The notes under the pieces: model-generated
Databases searched by the model: none
What the model was told of the DNA's origin: nothing
The model's input: only the letters and a program-made list of their open reading frames with translations
Assembly: GCA_945861955.1 (NCBI GenBank)
Contig: CAMAWJ010000003.1
Location: 1 to 41,455 of the forward strand
Length of the DNA stretch: 41,455 nt
Reading direction: 5' to 3'
Origin: Bifidobacterium breve
Lineage (GTDB): Bacteria; Actinomycetota; Thermoleophilia; Gaiellales; F1-60-MAGs149
Made by a program: the position numbers and the translations under genes
Shown here: positions 37,138 through 41,455 of the stretch, one piece after another
How the letters are laid out: each line of letters starts with the position of its first letter
Numbering within the stretch: position 1 is the stretch's first letter

Positions 37138-38643
37138 CTATGGACAGCCGGTCGCAGTACCGGCCGTGGCAGCCAAGACGGTCGCTGGACTCAAGGTAGG
37201 GAGCGACGCTGGATCCGTCCCGACAGGTACGACGACTTGCACGGTCGCCGCAGGGAGCGTGTCTGCCACTCGGTTGACGACGAGACAGGGCGCCGATGGA
37301 AGCATGTCGAGTGCCAGCAGCGTCCCCAATGGCGCAGTCGCTTTCGGTGCGGTCACTGTCTTCCATGGCACGAACTCGCCCTTCTTGGAGTAGCCGAACC
37401 GATCCTGGTACTTGCGGTAGCGCACTCCTACCCCAGCCGACCAGGTGCCGTTTGGCTTCTTGTAGGTTGGGCGTCCGCGCTTCGTCCGCCAGCCACCATC
37501 GCGCCAGGCCGGCGCCCCCTTCGACCAAGTCCCGTCTGCGCGTTGCATGGTCTTCGTACCGGCTGCATTGACCCACCAGCCACCACCGAGCGCCACAATC
37601 GTCTTGCCTTTTCGCGTCACGCCGACCGAGCGTGCCACGACACCGTTCGTGCCGTAGAGGAAATCCTCTTGAAGGTTCTGGTTCTTGAGGCCGGCCACAG
37701 CCGATTTTGCTGCGCTGGCGGTCTGCTCACCCGCTGGTATCAGGTAGGCCAGGTTGAGGTTGCCAAGCGGACCTGGCGCGAGCGCGACTGGCGGCGGACA
37801 GTCGACGCCCTTCGGAACGAGCGTGAGGTCTCCCTTCGCTGGCAGTTTGAGTGTCTTATCGGGCGGGATCAGCACGTCGATGTGTTTACCGATGATCGCA
37901 CCACCTGTGTCATCCGCCGAGAAGCACCCCTTCGACGGCGTGTCCTTGAGCGCCTCGATGTAGATCGTGGTGCCCTTCGGAATCACCGACCGGTCCGTCG
38001 CAATCGAACGCCACGGCGTCACATTCGTACCAATACCAATGCCAAACGTGTCAGGGTAGCCACGGAAGTTGAGATCGTCGGGCTGCCCGAGAGCGACCGC
38101 TGCACGGTTGCAGACAACCGTGTACGCGGCCGGGTTGGTGGGCGGTGGGTTCTGCCAGGTGCCATCATTGTTGGCGAAGGTGGGTCGTTTGTTGTCGGTG
38201 GTCGTCGGAATCGGCACGCCGGCTGCGTCGATTGCCCACCAGACGCAGCCGCCAGGGCGCGAATAGGGCGAACCGTTGGTAAAGCCACTCGCTGCGGTTC
38301 TCGTCTCGGCACCCTCCTTGTTGACCCAGGGGCCAGCCCCGCTGCGCCAGTGCAACAGCACCCCGTCATCCCCGGTGCCCGTGCCTTGCATCGCGATGCC
38401 CCGCGCGGAGTAAAGAAAGTCTTCCCGGTAGGCGACCTTCAACCCGGGCGCGACCATTTTCTTGGCGGTAAACCAACCCTCGGGCGCAAACCAGTAGTAG
38501 GTGATCCAGTATGAGCCGAGTGCTTGAGGACGTGGCGGCATCGTCTGCGCCTCAGTGCTGTGCGTGCCAATCAGCGAGACGCCGCCGGCAAGCAGACACG
38601 CCGCAACCAGCAGTCGACCCGCGATACCGGCGTTCAATTGCAT
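37138..38643 (-). CDS. Secreted 3D-domain (MltA-like) protein with internal duplication
   Basis: Signal peptide; SIATDRSVIPKGT..YIE...ADDTGGAIIGKHIDV is the 3D signature. Confidence 0.8.
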   Translation of the reverse strand: MQLNAGIAGRLLVAACLLAGGVSLIGTHSTEAQTMPPRPQALGSYWITYYWFAPEGWFTAKKMVAPGLKVAYREDFLYSARGIAMQGTGTGDDGVLLHWRSGAGPWVNKEGAETRTAASGFTNGSPYSRPGGCVWWAIDAAGVPIPTTTDNKRPTFANNDGTWQNPPPTNPAAYTVVCNRAAVALGQPDDLNFRGYPDTFGIGIGTNVTPWRSIATDRSVIPKGTTIYIEALKDTPSKGCFSADDTGGAIIGKHIDVLIPPDKTLKLPAKGDLTLVPKGVDCPPPVALAPGPLGNLNLAYLIPAGEQTASAAKSAVAGLKNQNLQEDFLYGTNGVVARSVGVTRKGKTIVALGGGWWVNAAGTKTMQRADGTWSKGAPAWRDGGWRTKRGRPTYKKPNGTWSAGVGVRYRKYQDRFGYSKKGEFVPWKTVTAPKATAPLGTLLALDMLPSAPCLVVNRVADTLPAATVQVVVPVGTDPASLPTLSPATVLAATAGTATGCP

Positions 38644-38752
38644 CGGCTGACGGGTTCGCTTTGGGGCCACGCACCCCTCTTTTTCGATCCTGCGCACATC
38701 CCTCATAGTGCCCTAGGTTCAGGAAGAGGGGCCCTGCCGTCACACTTTCGTT

Positions 38753-39430
38753 GTGACCCTGCTCGCTGCCATCGCCATTGCTCTCGGCTGCATCATCGCG
38801 GCCGAGCCCCGGTTGCTTGGTCGCCGCTGGCCGCCCACCCTGCTGGCTGCGGGTGCTGGCATCGGGATTGCCTACGTGGTCATCCATCTGCTGCCCGAGA
38901 TTGCGATCGGCGCCGAGATTGTCCAGCGCTCCACCGAAGGCCGGCTCCCCTACGCCGAGCTGCACGCCTATCTGTTGGTTCTGATTGGCATCCTCGGCAC
39001 CTTGTTTCTGCGTGGGCTCCAGAGCGGCCTCCACGGCATGACGCCTCATCCGCGGGTGCGGATTATTCAACCCGCACTCTCGGCGCTGATCGTTGGCTAC
39101 CTCCTCGCGGTGCGCGACGATACCGAGGTCGGCTCGATCCTGCTCTTCACACTCGCCATCGGCCTCCATATCGCGCTCAATGCGCACGGCCTAGCGGTCA
39201 AGCTCAACTCGCCGCAGGGCGGGCTCGTGCTGGCCGGTGCGATCGCGGTTGGATATGCCCTTGGTGTCGGCTGGGAGGCGCCAGAAGTAGTCGTGGCTGG
39301 GCTTGTCGCACTGCTCGCCGGTGGTGTCATGACCCGCACGATCCACGAGGTGCTCGATGAGGAAAGCCACCTCGTCGCGCTGACCGTGGGTGCCACACTC
39401 GAGGCAGCACTGCTGCTCGGTGTGACCTAA
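38753..39430 (+). CDS. ZIP-like membrane protein (possible divalent metal transporter)
   Basis: GIGIAYVVIHLLPE motif, 7-8 TM segments, His in mid-TM segments, LLAGG..near the C-terminus. Confidence 0.6.
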   Translation: MTLLAAIAIALGCIIAAEPRLLGRRWPPTLLAAGAGIGIAYVVIHLLPEIAIGAEIVQRSTEGRLPYAELHAYLLVLIGILGTLFLRGLQSGLHGMTPHPRVRIIQPALSALIVGYLLAVRDDTEVGSILLFTLAIGLHIALNAHGLAVKLNSPQGGLVLAGAIAVGYALGVGWEAPEVVVAGLVALLAGGVMTRTIHEVLDEESHLVALTVGATLEAALLLGVT

Positions 39431-40692
39431 CGGACGAGCAGCATTGCTTCCTGGAGCGTCGCGAAAGGAGCGGCCACAGGCGGCACGCCGCTGCACTGCG
39501 GCGTCGGAGTGGCTCCATCGAAGAGTGCTCGCAGCCACGGGACGATCGTTGGTGCAGCCGTCGTGCCGGCGGCAACATGACCAACCCCACCCAGCCACAG
39601 CATCGTCAGGTTCGACCCGGCCGCACACCACGTCTCTTGAAGTGCGGCATTCGACTCGGGCGGAATCACCGTGTCGGCAGTGCCCTGAGCAATCAGGAGC
39701 GGGAGCGTCGCCGGCAGCGGCTTCGGTGTCTGTTCGGCGGCAGCCTTGGCGATGCGTGGTTCGTTGATGGGGTTGCCATTGAAGTACGGAATCCCAACGG
39801 CGGCGGCGGCGACGCCGAGCAGCAACGGCACTGGCACGCCCTCACCGAGACAGGCATCGGCTACCTCTGCCGTCCAGCGCTGGCCCTCGCTGGTAATCGC
39901 TGCGTCGATGTCGAGAGATGGGTAATTGGCTGTCCAAGACTGAGCAACTTCGGCACCTACTCCCCAACCAACGCCCGTGTTCCATTGCTTGCTGATGATC
40001 ATCGGGAGATCGGCAGCTGGGGCGGCAGCAGCAACGCCAAGCAGCGTACGTTCCGGCATTTCCTGGGCGGCAAGTTGGCCCGTCCAGAGCGCTGAATGCC
40101 CGCCCTGGGAGTGCCCGAAGACAACCCATTCCTGACTCGGGTCGGCTCCAGGAACCTGCTCGAGTGCCCGCACAGAGTTGACGATGTCAAGCGACTCGGC
40201 CTGGCCGATCAAGAACAGGTTGGGTCCGACCGTCCCAATGCCGGCGTAGTCCGTGGCCACGACGACGAAACCAGAGGCAATTGCCTGCGCGTACCACGCA
40301 TTGGGCCCAATCGGGTCGGTCCGACGCGAGGGCGCACAGCCTCGTCCCTGCCCGATCGTGCCGTGCGCATAGGCAAGCACAGGGCGACCCGCTACCGGGG
40401 CGGGAGCGATCGGTACGAAGACCATGGCTCCGGAGACCGTGGCGGTACCGTCTGGTCGCTCGGTGCGGTAGAGGACACGGAACGAGGACGCACCCACGAC
40501 GGGCGCCGTTGCGAGCGTTTCGACGCGGAAGACGGTGCCCGGCTTAGCCGCGTCGACTCCAGCGGGCGTGGCGTAGAAGGCGTCGAGAGCATTCTGCTGA
40601 CGAGAGTCCGCGACACGATGGGCGAGCGTGGACAAGCCGATTGCCAGCGCGATAACACCGATCGCGACGAGGATGATCTTTTTGAGCGACAC
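39427..40692 (-). CDS. Secretory lipase (LIP family alpha/beta hydrolase)
   Basis: N-terminal signal/TM, AHGT.G...CAPS, ATDYAG, GHSQGG, QGTADTV, catalytic His in GVGH. Confidence 0.88.
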   Translation of the reverse strand: MSLKKIILVAIGVIALAIGLSTLAHRVADSRQQNALDAFYATPAGVDAAKPGTVFRVETLATAPVVGASSFRVLYRTERPDGTATVSGAMVFVPIAPAPVAGRPVLAYAHGTIGQGRGCAPSRRTDPIGPNAWYAQAIASGFVVVATDYAGIGTVGPNLFLIGQAESLDIVNSVRALEQVPGADPSQEWVVFGHSQGGHSALWTGQLAAQEMPERTLLGVAAAAPAADLPMIISKQWNTGVGWGVGAEVAQSWTANYPSLDIDAAITSEGQRWTAEVADACLGEGVPVPLLLGVAAAAVGIPYFNGNPINEPRIAKAAAEQTPKPLPATLPLLIAQGTADTVIPPESNAALQETWCAAGSNLTMLWLGGVGHVAAGTTAAPTIVPWLRALFDGATPTPQCSGVPPVAAPFATLQEAMLLVR

Positions 40693-40775
40693 ACAACGAG
40701 AGTATCAGCGCCTTCACCATCTCCGCGGCTCCTGCCCGGAACCTGATCACGACGAGATGTGGAACGATCCGTCCT

Positions 40776-41288
40776 GTGAAGCACACTCCGAAGACCCAGC
40801 CTGTCGCGTACATCGAGATCCCGAAAGGGAGCCGCAACAAGTATGAGTTCGACGAGACATACGGCACCGTCGTCTTGGATCGCACGCTGCGCGGCAGCAC
40901 GCACTACCCGACGGATTACGGTTTTTTGCTCGATACGTTGGGCGAGGACGGCGATCCACTCGACGTCCTCGTACTCCTCACCGAGCCGACCTTTCCTGGC
41001 TGTCTGATCCCCTGCGACCCGATCGGCGTGCTGCATATGATCGACGAGGCGGGCGACGATCCAAAACTGCTGATGATCCCGCATGACGATCCGTCGTGGT
41101 CGCACAAAGAGCATGTCGAGGACATCAACCCGGCATTGCTCGAAGAGATCGCGCACTTCTTCTCGGTCTACAAAGACCTCGAGGAGAACAAGAAGGTCGC
41201 GATCGATGGCTGGGAAGACCGCGATGCCGCCGAGGCAATCATCATCGCCGGCCGAGCCCGCTTCGCAGCCGCGCATCCCGAGAACTAG
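40776..41288 (+). CDS. ppa: Inorganic pyrophosphatase (family I)
   Basis: EIPKGSRNKYE, LDR, YPTDYG, DGDPLD, FFSVYKDLE. Confidence 0.96.
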   Translation: MKHTPKTQPVAYIEIPKGSRNKYEFDETYGTVVLDRTLRGSTHYPTDYGFLLDTLGEDGDPLDVLVLLTEPTFPGCLIPCDPIGVLHMIDEAGDDPKLLMIPHDDPSWSHKEHVEDINPALLEEIAHFFSVYKDLEENKKVAIDGWEDRDAAEAIIIAGRARFAAAHPEN

Positions 41289-41339
41289 CCACCTCGTCGG
41301 CCCGCGTCGCGCCTTAGCGGCGGCTTGTTAGCTCACAGA

Positions 41340-41369
41340 GGACATGACACGTGCGCACGTGTCATGTCC
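41340..41369. repeat. Perfect 30-bp palindrome, same family as the 26.4-kb doublet
   Basis: GGACATGACACGTGCGCACGTGTCATGTCC followed by GCCAG; lies between convergent genes. Confidence 0.85.
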
Positions 41370-41374
41370 GCCAG

Positions 41375-41455
41375 CTACGCAGGCTGCTCGTCGAGCCCTT
41401 CCATCGACTCAAGCTCGGCACCCTTCGTCTCTTTGACGAAGCGCCAGACGTAGAA
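41375..41455 (-). CDS. C-terminal end of a sugar-porter MFS transporter (partial)
   Basis: Minus strand reads FYVWRFVKETKGAELESMEGLDEQPA*; ETKGxxLE is the sugar-porter C-terminal motif. Confidence 0.75.
   Translation of the reverse strand, partial: FYVWRFVKETKGAELESMEGLDEQPA

Overview
High-GC actinobacterial chromosomal DNA. The gene content and order (mreCD-pbp2-rodA-TIGR03960/TIGR03936-rne-rplU-rpmA-obgE-nadD-rsfS, nnr-CBS-alr, zwf-opcA) suggest a deep-branching lineage such as Thermoleophilia; this assignment is inference. The window is mostly housekeeping: about 45 CDSs, one tRNA-Ala(GGC), and no integrase, transposase, CRISPR array or rRNA. The most notable locus is 33.2-38.6 kb. It holds a secreted GH-A glycoside hydrolase, then an MBOAT acyltransferase, an unannotated 53-aa DltX-like membrane microprotein ending PIYARY and a DltD/SGNH-like protein. 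Together these look like a three-part cell-envelope acyl-transfer relay with no dltA/dltC nearby. A convergent secreted protein follows, with an internally duplicated 3D (MltA-like) module whose second copy looks inactive. Other oddities: a family of 30-bp GGACAT..GCGC..ATGTCC intergenic palindromes with compensatory changes; a TIGR03960 radical-SAM gene reduced to its C-terminal Cys-rich part behind a leaderless-type promoter; an mre cluster without mreB; coxM/coxS-type genes without a large subunit; a probable CC-adding tRNA nucleotidyltransferase; and several apparent leaderless genes. All family calls come from motif recognition by eye, and no database searches were run.
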